DNA of 64,000 bases from Obrimoposthia wandeli (GCA_977020255.1 CDROCS010003983.1:62001-126000), one strand, 5' to 3'; shown: positions 46,828-61,380, counted from the stretch's first letter. Translations and numbers: made by a program. The notes: a model not told the origin generated them from the sequence alone.

Positions 46828-49668
46828 ACAGGATCGGACCAAGTAACATATAGGGACATGTTACACAGCTTCGATGATAATGGTAACGAACTGGCAAGCC
46901 TATACAATGCATGCATTGACGAACAACGGACTCCCGACTCTTGGCGAACCTTCAAGACTAAGTTCATCCCAAAACCTAGGAAACAGCGCTACGATGACAT
47001 CACAGCTTGGCGACCTATCGCAGTCATGTCATGCGTTTACAAGATATTTGCGTCAATCATCACAAGACGGATGAGTGATTGGGCCTGGAAGAATAAAATA
47101 CTGGATCCACGACAAAAATATCTTGGTGCCTACGAGGGGTGCTATGAGCACAACACGGTGATTAGCCTGATCACCTCGGAAGTATTGCGAAAGAGGAACC
47201 AAGGCTGCGCCTACATCGCCTTCCTAGATCTGGCCGATGCCTTTGGATCGGTGCCAGTCTCTTTCATTTGGGGAATGCTGGAAAGAATTAACGTGGCCCC
47301 AGCCGCTATCAGACTGCTTGAAGATGTATATAAGCAGAATATGACCAACATTGTCTGTGGTGACAGGAAAATCAACCGGATCCCAATAAAACGAGGAGTG
47401 CGACAAGGGTGTCCACTATCGATGCTCTTATTTAATATGAGCATCAATCCGGTAATAGAGGCCACAAACCAAAGCCATGGCTCAGGATACAGATTTGAAA
47501 CAGGTGAAGAAATCCGGACCCTGGCATACGCCGATGACCTTGCACTCATATCTAGCTCCAAAGAAGGACTCCAGGCCCTGATCAATACCGCTGACAAGAC
47601 TGCGAGTACACTACAGCTGACATTCCGGCCCAGCAAGTGTGGTGTCCTACGAATACCTTACAGGAAAGACAAACCAGCTGACAATCTCATGTTGAGAGGA
47701 GAAAAAATACCAGAGGTAACTGCGGACACGCCATACCGATACCTTGGCAGCGACAGGACTGCAAACGCCAAGCAACATTGCGAGGAGCTGTTGGCTGAGG
47801 TGCTTCGACTGACCACGGCAGTGGCAAAAAGCGAACTAAGACCGTATCAAAAGACTGACGCATACAATACCTTCATTCACTCAAAGCTGATATTTGTATT
47901 CAGACAGGGAAACCTGGTACACTCCCGCTTATCCTGCAACCGAACAGACGAAAGGGGCTTCGAAGGACTCCTAAGGAAAGTCATAAAACCAATCGCGGGA
48001 CTAGACTTAGCCAACAGCCCTATCGGAGTTCTCTATGGGCACAAGGACCGTGGAGGTCTTGGGCTGACAAGGATTGAGGACGAATATAACATCCAGTCCA
48101 TCATCCAGACGATAAAGATGGCAAATGCACGCGACAGGGACCTGAAGAACCTATTTAGGCGTGAGCTCACTGAACAATTGAAGTTTCCTAATCCGCCAAT
48201 GACCTTCTCCGAAGCAGTTCAGGGGTTTAATGAAGGGACCCTAGCCACTAACATGAAAGATACGGGACTTTGGACGCGGCTGTTCTACGCGGCCAAGAAA
48301 TTCCAGAATGAGCTAAATATCAAACTAGAACTGATTGAGAAGGACCAAGCACTCAATCTTTTCATAACCAGCGACCATGGAGGCAGTTTTCTCATGCAGT
48401 TCAAGACCTACAAGGCCACAAGTAAGGCGATGCATAACATTGTGCAACTCAGCCAGAGTCACAAGGTTCTCGAAGACAAGCTAGCGAGTCCAATATATAA
48501 GAACGCCACATCAGACACAGACATTAACCGGGCCATCATGAAAGGCTGTCTGACGTACCGAGGGTGGTTCTTCATCCACCGCGCAAGGTGCGGGCGCATG
48601 AAGGTACGAGGCCCCAGGACTGATATGATCGCCCCATGCAGGAAGGAATGCCAGGAGCGAGAGTCGATGAGCCATGCAATCGTTGGTTGTAAGCTCATAG
48701 CAAAACTACGAATTCAAAGACACGACATGATCTGCCGAGAAACTGCAAGGGTCATGGAACTAAAATATCCAGGACAGGTAACTCAAGAGCTGACCCACTT
48801 ATGTGTAGACGATAACGGAAACAGCTGCAGACCACGACCAGACATAACGATCGAGACTGACTATAAGGTGATGCTGATAGAGATCAAGATCCCGTTTGAC
48901 TCTGACATGTCATTTGATCTGAGGCTCACCGAAACTATGTCCAAATACGCGGAGCTCGTTGAAATGCTAAAGACCCGCCACCCAGAAAAACTCGTGCAAC
49001 TCTACGCGCTAAGGATCGGGACCCTCGGCTTCTGGCCTGAAATCAATAACCGGATCTTTGCAAATGCTGGTTTTAAAGCAAAGGAAATCAAGGATATCAA
49101 GATCCGACTAACCCTGAAAACCATCGAACATACAGCGGCCTCGTGGGCTAAATTCTCGAGTCATACAACTGGGATCCTGGATAAGTTGTCAGCCGAGGAG
49201 CTGGAGAAGATTGAGGCCTGGAACTACGTAAAATAAAAAAAACAAAAAAAAACAAAAAAAACAACAACCAACAACAACCAACAACCAACAACCAACAACC
49301 AACAACCAACAACCAACAACCAACAACCAACAACCAACAACCAACAACCAACAACCAACAACCAACAACCAACAACCACCACCCAACAACCACCAAACAC
49401 CAAACACCAACCAACAACCAACAACCAACAAACAACAGCAGATTCGTGACTGCCGAGGGGCCCAAAACTGTACCCGGCGATGACGTAATAGTACTGAAAA
49501 AGTACGCGGACCTACTCAAAGTTCCAATGACGAAACCGAGACCCCAAGCAGCTACTGTTACTGCTACCGAGGACCAGCAGCATATTGAAACCCGGACCTA
49601 CGTAAAGTAGAAGAGGCCCCTATGGGGCCTTTGAGAAATTGATTGCGTTCACATTAATAAATGTTTGA

Positions 49669-49707
<39 letters not shown>

Positions 49708-49708
49708 A
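46828..49708 (+). mobile_element. 5'-truncated non-LTR retrotransposon with RT and restriction-like endonuclease (NeSL/Utopia/R5-like); ORF to 49236; (TAAA)n tail
   Basis: WRPI, FLDLADAFGS, GVRQGCPLS, AYADDL, YRYLG; CCHC CRKEC-x7-H-x4-C, RHD, PD...IEIK, KYAEL, GTLGFW; ORF is uninterrupted. Confidence 0.92.
49237..49440. repeat. A-rich and (CAACCAA)n microsatellite in the retroelement 3' UTR
   Basis: Directly visible. Confidence 0.95.
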
Positions 49709-52700
49709 ATTCTCTACCGACATTATTCATTTTTGCACTTCTATTATATTTATAATTAGGAACTCGCAATTATATTTTAGGTACACTCCTCAACTATTTC
49801 CGGGCATTTACCAGCAATGAATAGGGGAGAAAAGTTAGAAAAATGAAAATCAGAAAATCCAAAGGATTTACGATTTGTTCATTACTTATATTTAGAAGAT
49901 TTATTCATGTATACAAGATATTTATGAACAAATATTCTGGGTAGGATATTTCCAGCTTCTGATTACATAACACTCCTCTTCACTATTCGAACTTGCATTT
50001 ACATCCATTCGATTATCCTGTTGAGGATTCCTCTTGAAAACTGAATTGGACTGGACTCATAAAATTCTATTATTCAAAATGGGCTTTAGTACTGCTTGCT
50101 ATTCTTGATTCTTTTAACTTGGTCTTTTTTAACAAGCGCCTTTTCATTCACTTTAAATATCCTTCATTATCTAACTTTTCAGCTGTGATTTATTGGTTCT
50201 TCCTTACGTCTAAAATTGTTTGTTGTGCACTTAATGTTTGAATTTTTCTTTTTCTTCTATAAATGACCTCAAACTGTGAATGTTTTGAGGAGCTGTTTAC
50301 TGCATTTATGAAAAAAATCAATTTGTGGCAATAAATGGTTCCACATTTTCCTGTTTTTTGTCTATACTCTATTCTTGTAACAATCATATATCTTACCGTG
50401 CGTATAACTCTTTCTGCTAGACCGTTAGCTTGGTGTTGATAAGGTGCTGTAAGCTCTTGTTCAATACCAAATTTTCAATGCCAATTCTGAAAATAATTTC
50501 CAGTAAATTTTTGAGCTTTATCTGTTACAATGCTCTTAGCATTCCCAAATTTATATATCCTATTTGTCTCGAGGGTTTTAGTAATTGTTATTTCATCTTC
50601 TTTTGTAGTTGCTGATAGTGTTATCAGTTTACTAAATCGATCGATTACTATTAATATTTATTTAGATCTTCTTTCCTTGTGGGCTATACCGTCAACTATT
50701 TGATCTAAAAAATTCTTTGACTATAAAAATATATTTATTTTGTTCTGAATGTTTCAATTTTTCTTTTGGGACTGAAAACGCTTTTTGATATTCATTCTTT
50801 TATTTCTTGAAACATTCCTTTTAATATAAATTATCTTTCATATAGTTATAAACCTTTTGCATTCCTAGGTGACAAAGATATTGATGAATTTAATTAACGT
50901 TCTTCGAAGGTACAATAATTAAATATGTAACATTTTGTTCAAGGATATCATCGCAGAGTTTAAGTTTCTCTTTTATCTGATAAATCCAACTTCTTTTGCA
51001 TTCTTCTGATAAATCCTTACTTTCCAGTTGGAGGAAAACTTTCATTTCTTTCACATGAATATCTTCTTGTTGTATTTTCCTTATCTTACCCAAGAAGTTG
51101 TCTTCATTTAGTGAGTGAATATATCGTAATGGGTGTAGGTTTAATGCGAATACCGTGTAAAGTCTACTCAGGTTTGCGTGCGAGGGTTACGAGGGTGTAG
51201 ATAATGCAGAATAAATCAACGAACAATATTAGCTGAATAAGTCAAACAGCAGTTTAAAAATGTTCTTTTTATTCGAGAAAATCGTACGTGGGCAGTTACA
51301 CGGTATTGCATAATAGCATATATAGTTGAAATATAAATTTCCCCCCAATTAATCAACATGTTTTTGCATGCGTATCAATGAAACTTGCTTTCTTTACGAG
51401 GTTAGAAAATGGAATCAATACATTTATATATGCGACAGGGATCAGATGTGAATATACAAAATCTATTGTACAAATGGCACCGAATGTGTTCTTGTTTCAC
51501 AAAAATTCATTTAAGCTCATTTACGGTTTTGGGATTTCATGCAAACTGCATGTGTGTAAAATAGTGCAAAATTCACATCTGGTTTAATGCATAAATCGTG
51601 TGAGGTTTAATAGTTCTCAGACAAATGAAATTGAGAAACTGTTACATGATTACGAGTTCTTTGTGGCGTTTGTAGGTTGTTAGCTGTATCTGAGGTTTGA
51701 AACCGCTGACTTTGTCCTTTGAAGTCGTAGTTAACAACGATGGACCAAGAATATTTTTAATTCGATTCGAGTGTTGTACAATCGAGACATTTGGAATTAC
51801 CTCTCAATATAAACATCCTCTATTGAGTCAGGCTGGCTACTGTCGATTTCTCTAATTTAAGGAGTTGTTCTAAAATTAGGCGTGTATGACCGATTCCATT
51901 TCATGACGATTTATTTTGATAAACAATTATATCATGAACCAAAATTTCCAATTGTTGATTGTGAATTTTATGATATTTTTCCCATCTCCCATTTTTTCAA
52001 TTACCTTTACAACAAATCAGTCAACTCAAATTAAGGACCGGTTTCTAATTCGTTTATTTTCGAAGTTAATTTTCCGAGCTTTTGGAAGAAAATATCACAA
52101 CAAGATATATTTAATCAAGGTTTTGTTTGACTGTATTGATAAAAAGAAATCGTATCACATTTTACCACAAAATAAACAAAAGTCAAAATGTATAATTAAC
52201 GTTTATAAAACCAAAATTGATCTATTCTTTTCCACTACCCCCAAAATCTTTTTAGGAAACTTTTGTATAGCTCCTTTATGTCATTTCAAGATAACCTATT
52301 CCATTCTTTCAGTGCATTCATAATAAAAATGATTGAGGATCTTTAAGCAGCATTAACGAAGGTAGAGGGGGAATAGCGATGTCATTTATGCATATTCATC
52401 ATCCTTTAGAGACAATAGACACCAAGACCAGCATTCCACACCAAAAGACAACAACCCACACATTCACAACCTCTGCCAGGACGTAGGTCCCTTTTGCCGT
52501 AAACACGTCTAATATTAAATGACAGTTCGGACCCATGACGAGGGTAGGTTGCCTGTCATTGACCATTGATCACCACCATAACTAGATGGTCACAGTTTTT
52601 CGAGGTGTGAACGGTTAATGGGCTTTAGACAGCGGACGAGTTCTGTCACTGTAGTATGGCTGTTGACAATGGTATTTAAATTAAACAATTTAGAGTATAT

Positions 52701-54575
52701 TTAACAACGTGTAACATATTTTATGACAGAAGTTTGAGTTTTGGAATCGATTGATGCATATGATTACGTCATTTAATTAGAATTCTCGGAATAGAGTATA
52801 CTTCGGCGACTTTCTAGCACTTCCCCATTGATTTTTCCAATGTCAAGTGTGAGGAGCAAAGAAAAGGAGATGATGCTAAGCTCGTTTTGTATATTTTTGT
52901 TAAAAAAAGTAAATTATATTGAATGTTTTTCAACTTTTTTTCTAATGCTTCTGATCTTTCTAATAAAGTAATTCTAACTTATTATTTGAGATAGTTATTT
53001 TAAATGATTCAATTGAAAATATAGAATTTCTGTCATGTTCAAAATTTATATTCTCAGTTCTCGTCTATGATCCGTAGCTTATCTAAAGAAAAAGTGGAAT
53101 TATGAAAAAGCAGACAAGCGCTTTTTACACAGAAAAACGTAGAATTTAAAACAACCATACATTTTTTTAATCGAAGCCATCAAAATCTTCATCAGGTTCA
53201 ATATCAAAGAGATCAAACACTTAATTTAAATATTCTGGTATTTCAGATTCAATTGGTTCTTCGGATTCTTCTTCACTAGCAGTGGTATGAGATTTCACAA
53301 TTGTTAGCACTTCGGTTGGATATTCACAGACATTAGCGGATTAAAATCCATTTTCAATGCACCATACTTCGATCCATTGACGTACTTGACGAGCTCTTTT
53401 CGGCACCGACAGCAGCGATTCTCCATATTCTTTGTTTTAACAGACTTTGGTTGTATCCGTTGCTGGATGCTTGACTCGTCTGTTTCAAACTCTTAAGCTG
53501 CCGTCGCTGCATTGTCATAGCTTTCAGCAGAACCTACAACTTCAGTTTTTCGGCGATTCGAATAAGATTTTCGAGTCTTTGTTATGTCACAATTTCAGTC
53601 CATTCCAACTTGAGTATTCACTGATTTTTAAAATAGATCTTAATAAAAAAAATATGAAATATTTAGAATATGTTTAAAATATCCACAGTCAAAAGATAAA
53701 AAATGTTTCGAAACCAAAATGCCCTATTTACTTGAATGAACTGAAGTTTAAAGATTTGAAAAACAAGAAACTTACCCTGTAATAATTAATTTTCAAACAT
53801 TTTTATTGCACAAAATCATATAGTTTTTGGTCTGGTTGTGTCCATTAGGTGGTCTATAGGCAAGAACTCAGGGTATTTTGAAGGTATTTTCAACATTACA
53901 CACGCAAGAACAGTTTTTCATTTGATTTTATTAGTGTTGGGTATAGAGAATGGACAGTGGGGACTTGAATACATTTTCGTTTTAATACCAAAATAATGGT
54001 ACTTTTTTTACATGGTTTCTCGAAATCTTCACCTTCCATCTGGAGGTACTGGTGAAACCTTTCAGGTGAATCTCTCAAAGCTATTCTAATCATAGCCGTG
54101 TCAGTGTTCTCAATATGTAGCGCAGTTACGACTCTCAATTGACTGAGATCGTTGTTTTTGTCCAGGCCAGTAGATCATTTGTCGCTAATAGAACCACAGC
54201 CAGTAGTCGGCAAGTGTCAGGTCTGGAGTGCAAGCCTACCTTCTACGACCGAGCAATCTTCTGCCGACTGGCGTATCCATAATCTTCATCTCGTATCGCC
54301 GGTTCCCACTGGACTACAAATGGATATTAGGTATTCCTATTAAATTGGGCCACTTGAACGAAGAAAGCCACACGCCATACTCATTTAATGTTTGAGAACA
54401 AGTCGAATACGTTACATCCCACAACTACCAACCATCTTTTACCAGATAGAACTGATCTCAATGTAAAGAGCACCGTCTTGACTGCTTGTATTGGTTTGAT
54501 ACAAGAAAGAGGTTCAGTTCTCCAAATGAGAGAACCTTCTAATGTTGTTTTAAACTTATTTTCTTGTTATCGCAG

Positions 54576-57318
54576 AAGCATCCAGCATCACGTCCGAGAG
54601 TGCTCAGTCCTCAAAGTCTATTGCCAAGCAGCTGAAGGTCAACAATGGCTTCAAGTTGGAGAAGCACGTCAAGAAGTCTATGAAAGATCTCGGTCTTTGT
54701 TATGTGGATCTTCCCTTTGTCTGCAAACTGGAGCCTGCTGCCAATCCGAATACGGTTAGTGCACTTTCTCTTTCTGTACTTCTGTATGAATGGAAGAGTG
54801 ATTGAACGAATGTATGATACACTCAAAATCTGAATTGGCACACGATCTGCTCAGTTGAAGGCCACACACCGCGGAAAGAACAAAACACCATGAATATAAA
54901 TTTGACTTATTAATATGAACATGTAATAATGATCTCTTTATATTAATTCCATTGCCCTAGACTACTGGACTGGTAGACTACAGACATATGTCAATGCTCA
55001 ACAGAAAATAGTATTGACTTCATACATTCATACACATTCATTGTCATATGTTATGTAAATTATCTTAATGGTCTGTCCTATGTTCATATACTCTGACAAA
55101 TTAGGAGAAAACAATATCGTGTTTTTATGTAAGTAGCGGCAACCTAGGATAATATTTCAGAAGATGCTACAATAAAACGAGTGACATTTTTATAATTGGG
55201 ATCATTGAATTACTTTGTAGACTTAAAAAATCAAGATAAGCTAAATTTTGTTACTTTGTATTTCATAAATCTTTACCGATTTTGTCACATTAAAATCTAA
55301 TCATATCTTAAAAGAAAGGTCAGCTGATTTAAGATGGTGCAATCCTTTGAGATATATTTGAGTTCGAGACAACTAATTAAGGAGTTTGCTCTAATGAGTG
55401 TGGAATTGTATGTGACATTTGCCGCTGCTGCTGTTTCAGAAGAGTGAAGAGGAGGGCATCGCCCGAAGTGGAGAAGCGGATATTATTGATCCGATAGTGC
55501 TGACTGATGGTGACTATGTGGAGGTGCGCGTACCGGAGCCGGGGCAGCGAGTGAGGAACACCAAGATGGAGGTGCAGGTTCGCGGTGATCGTGGAGTGCG
55601 GGCTGCTCTGGGTCGCAGACAGGCTGAGTTGCGTCTAATCAGTGAGTCCAATTTGGGCATGCTGCGCCGTCTTCTGCTGGCTGCCAGGAGGGACGTGCGC
55701 CGGCAAGCTGTGGAGAGACGGCTGGCAGTGGCGGATGCGGATGTGAGTGCCCACACTGCAGCACAACACGCCACACAAATTTCTAGTGCACCACTGCATT
55801 ACAATACAACACATAAATACACTGCATCACACCCTACCACTAGACAACAATGCAACACACCAATTTCTCCACAATTTATAACACACTTCCATACTGCACC
55901 AAACTACGTAATGATATATCACACTGCATCATGCATAAACACACTGCACCTTTATGCATCACGCACTACCACTGGACTACACTGCACTTCACTACCGATA
56001 TTGCTCCACAATATATAGCTCCATACTGAACTACACAGCACCATACTGCACTACATCACACTGCACCACATTGGACGACACTGCAACATACTGCATCTCA
56101 TTACATCTGATTGCTCCACAATATGTCATATACCACCACATTGCATTACGCATAACCACACTTCCATACTGCATCACAATATAGCACACAATTACACTAC
56201 ATTACACACTACTACTGGACTACACTGCACTTCACTACCGATATTGCTCCACAATATATAGCTCCATACTGAACTACACAGCACCATACTGCACTACATC
56301 ACACTGCACTTCACTGCACCACATTGGACGACACTGCAACATACTGCATCTTATTACATCTGATTGCTCCACAATATGTCATATACCACCACATTGCATT
56401 ACGCATAACCACACTTCCATACTGCATCACAATATATCACACAATTACACTACATTACACACTGCTACTGGACTACAGACTATCAGACTGCATAACACTG
56501 CACCACACTGCATAACACTGCACCACACTGCATAACACTGCACCACACTGCATCATACTGCACCACTCTGCATCATACTGCACCACACGGCATAGCACTG
56601 CACATCACGCACTACCACTGGACTACACTGCACTTCACTACCGATATTGCTCCACAATATATAGCACACCTCCACACTGAACTACACAGCACCATACTGC
56701 ACTACATCACACTGCACTTCACTGCACCACATTGGACGACACTGCAACATACTGCATCTCATTACATCTGATTGCTCCACAATATGTCATATACCACCAC
56801 ACTGCATCACAATATATCACACAATTACACTACATTACACACTACCACTGGACTACAGTGCACCACTACATCACACTGCACCACACTGCATCATACTGCA
56901 CCACTCTGCATCATACTGCACCACACTGCACCACACTGCATCACACTGCACCACACTGCATCATACTGCACCACTCTGCATCATACTGCACCACTCTGCA
57001 TCATACTGCACCACTCTGCATCATACTGCACCACTCTGCACCAGACTGCACCACACTGCATGGCACTGCATCATACACTTCCACACTAGATTGCACTGCA
57101 CCACACGCCATTGCATTCGATCTCTGAATCACTACAATTTATCTGTGAACATTTGCCGATGTGACATGCAGGTGATTGAGGCCTACAACGTCATAGAAAG
57201 TTATCGACCTTCCCATCGTCAGCCACTCAAGAAAGATCGGGACGCCGCCTTCAAGGCTTTGAAGGAGCGCCAGAAGATCCTGAAAGAGCTAGAGTTACTG
57301 GACTCAGAGTTCTTCTAG
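54576..57318 (+). pseudogene. TADA3: Duplicated TADA3 exons 7-9 (54576-54754, 55440-55742, 57172-57318); no 5' exons
   Basis: Splice sites and frames intact; one visible E>K change in the exon 7 copy. Confidence 0.85.
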
Positions 57319-58351
57319 CAGCATTTACTTGTCTCAATAACGGCGCCTGAGATCTTGAGCGCGGGTTTTAATTTTGTTTATAATTGTTTATACGACACGT
57401 CTCTCTCGCTTCCTCTTCTTTACCACCCAATCACTCAATAAGCACCCGCTGTAGCTATGTCGAACGGGGTTGCAAATCTCTTGTTCTCATCGCTGTAAAG
57501 ATGTTCACATTTACAAACCACTTCAGCCAACAATATAAGAGAGGTCTTGGAAAGGATTTGTGTAGATTAGCTCTGTTATATGGGAAATGTGTGAAGTTTA
57601 AGAATTTGACCTTTCAAGCATTCTAAATATTGTTCTTGTATCTTCTTGTCTCATCTCATAATCAGTTGGAGAAATAAATATGAATGGAGAACATTTTGAG
57701 GCTGAATTTAACGCCAAAACAACAACGAAAGGTGCAAATGTAATATTACGCCATCACAAAACATAGTCGGAGAATTCGATTAAATCGATTTTAATGAAGA
57801 GTAAGTCAGTGAAATCGAATGCTTAGCTTGACAAATTATTGGTTTTGAACAATTCCTTATTGGGCAACAATAAATATCATTACAACGATCTTCTCAATTT
57901 TATGTACACATTACCGAATAGTGTTGTCGCTTTCCAATGTTTCTGTCAGAATTTCTTCTTTTATCATTTGTTTGGCCCTCTTTCACTTTCCACTGCATTT
58001 TATCAACTGTTGTCGCTTTCCAATGTTTCTGTCAGAATTTCTTCTTTTATCATTTGTTTGGCCCTTTTCACTTTCCACTGCAATTTATCAACACTACCCA
58101 GAAGTTTATGCAATTTTCCTAAGTAACTATGATATCTGAATGATCATTTTCATAATTCAAAAGCAGCACTGAATATTACAAAAACCATGCTGGTACAGCA
58201 ATAGCAACTAGAAGGACAAAACTAGTTTTTACTCAATATCACATATGCGTAAATGCTTTTTGTATTTCATACTTCAAAATAATTCACAAAGTGAAATTTT
58301 TGAAAATTCTATTTTTTTATGTTTGTATCTGTGTCCTTTATTCAATTAGAC

Positions 58352-58990
58352 CAGTGGTTCCTAAAGTTGGCGATATCGCCCCTTTAGAGGCGATTTTAGG
58401 ATATCAGGGCGATAAAAAATTATGAACGCGATAGGAGCCAGAAAGGTGGCGATTTTATTTAACCCAATCAACTTTTTTTTACACATTTAATTAGAGTTAA
58501 ACCAATTAGCGGTATTAAAATACAGTTTATATGCATTTAACGAGTAATTTATAACTAAATATTTACATGTAAATAAATAATTATTTAACACAAACAAATA
58601 TTGCAATGCAATATTGTCAGCATGGTCAACTCATACCGATTTTAAGAAATATCATAAATTGATTTTTAAAAAATATTTCATCCGTGTCAAGTAAAAATAT
58701 ATATTTCCAGTCTCTTCGAGACAAGTTTCGAAATAGGAAAACCCTAAATAACATGTTTGATATACGGCAGAAAAATGATGATTATGGATTACGTTCTTCA
58801 TACAATATCTCATTGATGATTGTCAGGCCTGGCAAATCTCACACTATTGGAGAAGAAATTATTTTGCCAGCAATAGAAGAGGTCCTATCTACTGTAATGA
58901 AACATAAATCACCTATTCAAATTATTAAATCCATTCCATTGAGCAATAATTCGGTTCAGAGAAGAATTGATGAAATAGCTGTGAATGTTC
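58352..58990 (+). mobile_element. hAT fragment, duplicate copy
   Basis: Same TIR and ORF (58684) as 21820-22445. Confidence 0.85.
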
Positions 58991-59339
58991 GAAAACAGTC
59001 TGGTAAAGCCAAGACCAGAAATTTACAACACTAAGCCAAACTCAGTCAGTGTCGACGATAACCCTCTGAATATGTCAGGACTTAGATTAGCGTCTTACTG
59101 ATTACCTGATTACTGATTAGAATTTGAAATTAAACTCAATTGACCATCCCAAGTTTTTATAATTTACAACTATTTAATTTACTTAGTACGGCGACCCTAT
59201 TCCAGGAGTTAGACTGCCCCGTATAAACGGCAGCTATCGCAGTTTTAATCTTGCAGAGGTTATTGTTTAAACATTATTATATGATAAAGAAAGAAATTGT
59301 TTATAAGCAAAGTAGCATTGATATAATATATTAGAACAA

Positions 59340-59920
59340 TCACAAGCGAACTTGACCATCAGTAATTTTCCAGATAAGTTTCTGGAGACCTGTACAGTTG
59401 ATTTTGTAGCCCTGTATCGCAATGACGATCATCCACTTGAGTTCAGTCCCCATCTTGTCGGCGTCAAAATCATGATCTCACTTGAAGAGATTAGGATCAA
59501 CTCAAATGATTATATGATTCTCAACTATGATGTTGAGATGCATCGCCGCAAAAGTATTGTTGAGATCATCAATATCTGACGGATTGATTATATGTATCTT
59601 GAAATCATATTTTGACTTATTCAGAGCCACTGGAAACATGAATCCAAATGAGATTGGAGTGTCTAAGAAATTCCTTTGCCAGTTAAAAAAGATAACTGGC
59701 TTGGTGAACGTCAAATCATTAGACTCCAATATGACTACTGCTGGTCTATTGTTGTTGCTTGAAGTGGTTAGTTTCTTGAGTTTGGGTGTAGAAGCTATAT
59801 CATCAACAAATAGATCCTCATTTAATGCTTGCTTCTCGAACTTGATAGTATTAGATTGTTTGTTGTTGCTTGACATAGTTTGCTTCTTAGGCTTTGATAT
59901 GAAAACTTCATCGTCTGTAA
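59340..59920 (-). pseudogene. Duplicate of the A1 SSB-like gene, 5'-truncated by deletion
   Basis: Same two TGA and the same KWMIVIAIQGY...IWKITDG end as 22794-23429. Confidence 0.65.
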
Positions 59921-60789
59921 TCCGTAAGCCAGTTTATTTAGTTGAATTGTCATTCTTATAAACAAATATATGCTATATGATTTGATTTTGAAAATGCTCG
60001 ATGATAATATACTTCATTATATAACTGTTAATAATGTTTTAGTTAGACGAAAAATAGAATATTCTAGAATGAAAGTTTTACATATGAAATATAGACATGA
60101 AAGTGAAAGATTGAAATCATTAATTAAAAATTTTAAAGGGAAACTATCTAAAAGCGATTTAGCTAAATTAGATTTTATAAACATGATGATGATTCAACCG
60201 ATAAAGTATAATGTATATACTGTCAAGGTACATTATATGATTAGGAATGGTATCTTAAACCAATGAAGCAATATATGTATTTTTTTCCCTACATGCCCAT
60301 TTCTATTAAAATTAAATGTTTTAAAAATACGTATATAGTTGATCGGAAAAGTATATGTATCTGATATTTATAAATTACATGATATATTCTATTCAAATAG
60401 TTTAGAAAACTATAATGATGCTAATGTTATTGAGAAAATCGAAAACAGATTGTATTATTGATATCCTTTAACTATAGAGAAATTTGATATGTTGATGGAT
60501 ACTCAGATATTTGAAATTAAAGATAGAATAAAATCTGCTGTTTACTAAATGAGTAGAAACCCGAATCTAGTAATATTTCTCTTGGGAGATGGAAAAGACA
60601 TGAAGTAAACCACTTTGTAAAACGATAAATTTGTTGATGATACAGTTCAATAAATGAAGTTCAAAAGCATATTTACTCGTTCAGAATTGTTCAAACATGA
60701 TGTATATAATATTTTCTGTTTGGTTGTTGTATATAAAACGATATAAACAATCGTTTCTTTTGATCTATTATTATTGATGATGATGAAAC

Positions 60790-61380
60790 TAAAAATAACG
60801 CTGTTTACAAATAGAGGATTAGTGGGGAGTGGAAAACCCACTTTGTAACTAAATTACTAAAAATAAAAGCATATTTACTCAAATGTTTGGTAGAATATAG
60901 CCAGGTGAATCTGGTCTAGTGCGCTCATAATTAGGTAAATTGAAGGGTATTCAGTTTATTAATGGTTTCGATAATAAATTACCTGATAGGTTAAATTCAA
61001 GAGATGTCATTGTAAATTATGAGTTGTATGATTAAGCAAATAAAAAGTCAGGTTTTAATAACCTGTTTACCAAAATAGCCAGACAGGAATGTAACAGTGA
61101 TTTTTATCACTCAAAATCTCTTTCATCAGGCGGTCAACACCCTACTCAGAATTTAAATGTTCATTATCTGGTATTATTTAAGAATCCACGAGATCAAACG
61201 GTTATCGACTTTATTGCTTTCCCTTGTAATAAGCAATATTTGATTGACGCATTTCAAGATGCTACGACAAACCCTCACGGATTCTTGTTTTTAGATTTTA
61301 CACAGGAATGTCCCGATGAATTACGCATGAGAACCGATATTTTCAATAATGATTTTATGTATAAACAAAAGAAAAGCACA
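60790..61380 (+). pseudogene. Polinton A1 packaging ATPase (multiple frameshifts)
   Basis: Degenerate GSGKTHF, FNNLFTKIAR, LNVHYLVLFKNPRDQTV, FLDFTQECPDELRMRTDIF. Confidence 0.85.

Larger units (their letters stand above)
49713..60347 (+). repeat. Segmental direct duplication of 13655-26741 (this copy lacks about 23388-26155 and 26445-26570), including copies of the Gypsy-type, pogo, Tc1 and hAT remnants
   Basis: Collinear near-identity from TCTACCG(G/A)CATTATTC onward; offset about 36.06 kb; paired ORFs in the track (14833/50890, 19351/55419, 22138/58684). Confidence 0.95.

Noticed and set aside
49690-49760. U2 snRNA, spliced-leader or rDNA target site for the RLE retrotransposon
   Set aside because: Flanks are Polinton pPolB and TADA3 intron sequence; no such RNA gene is recognisable.
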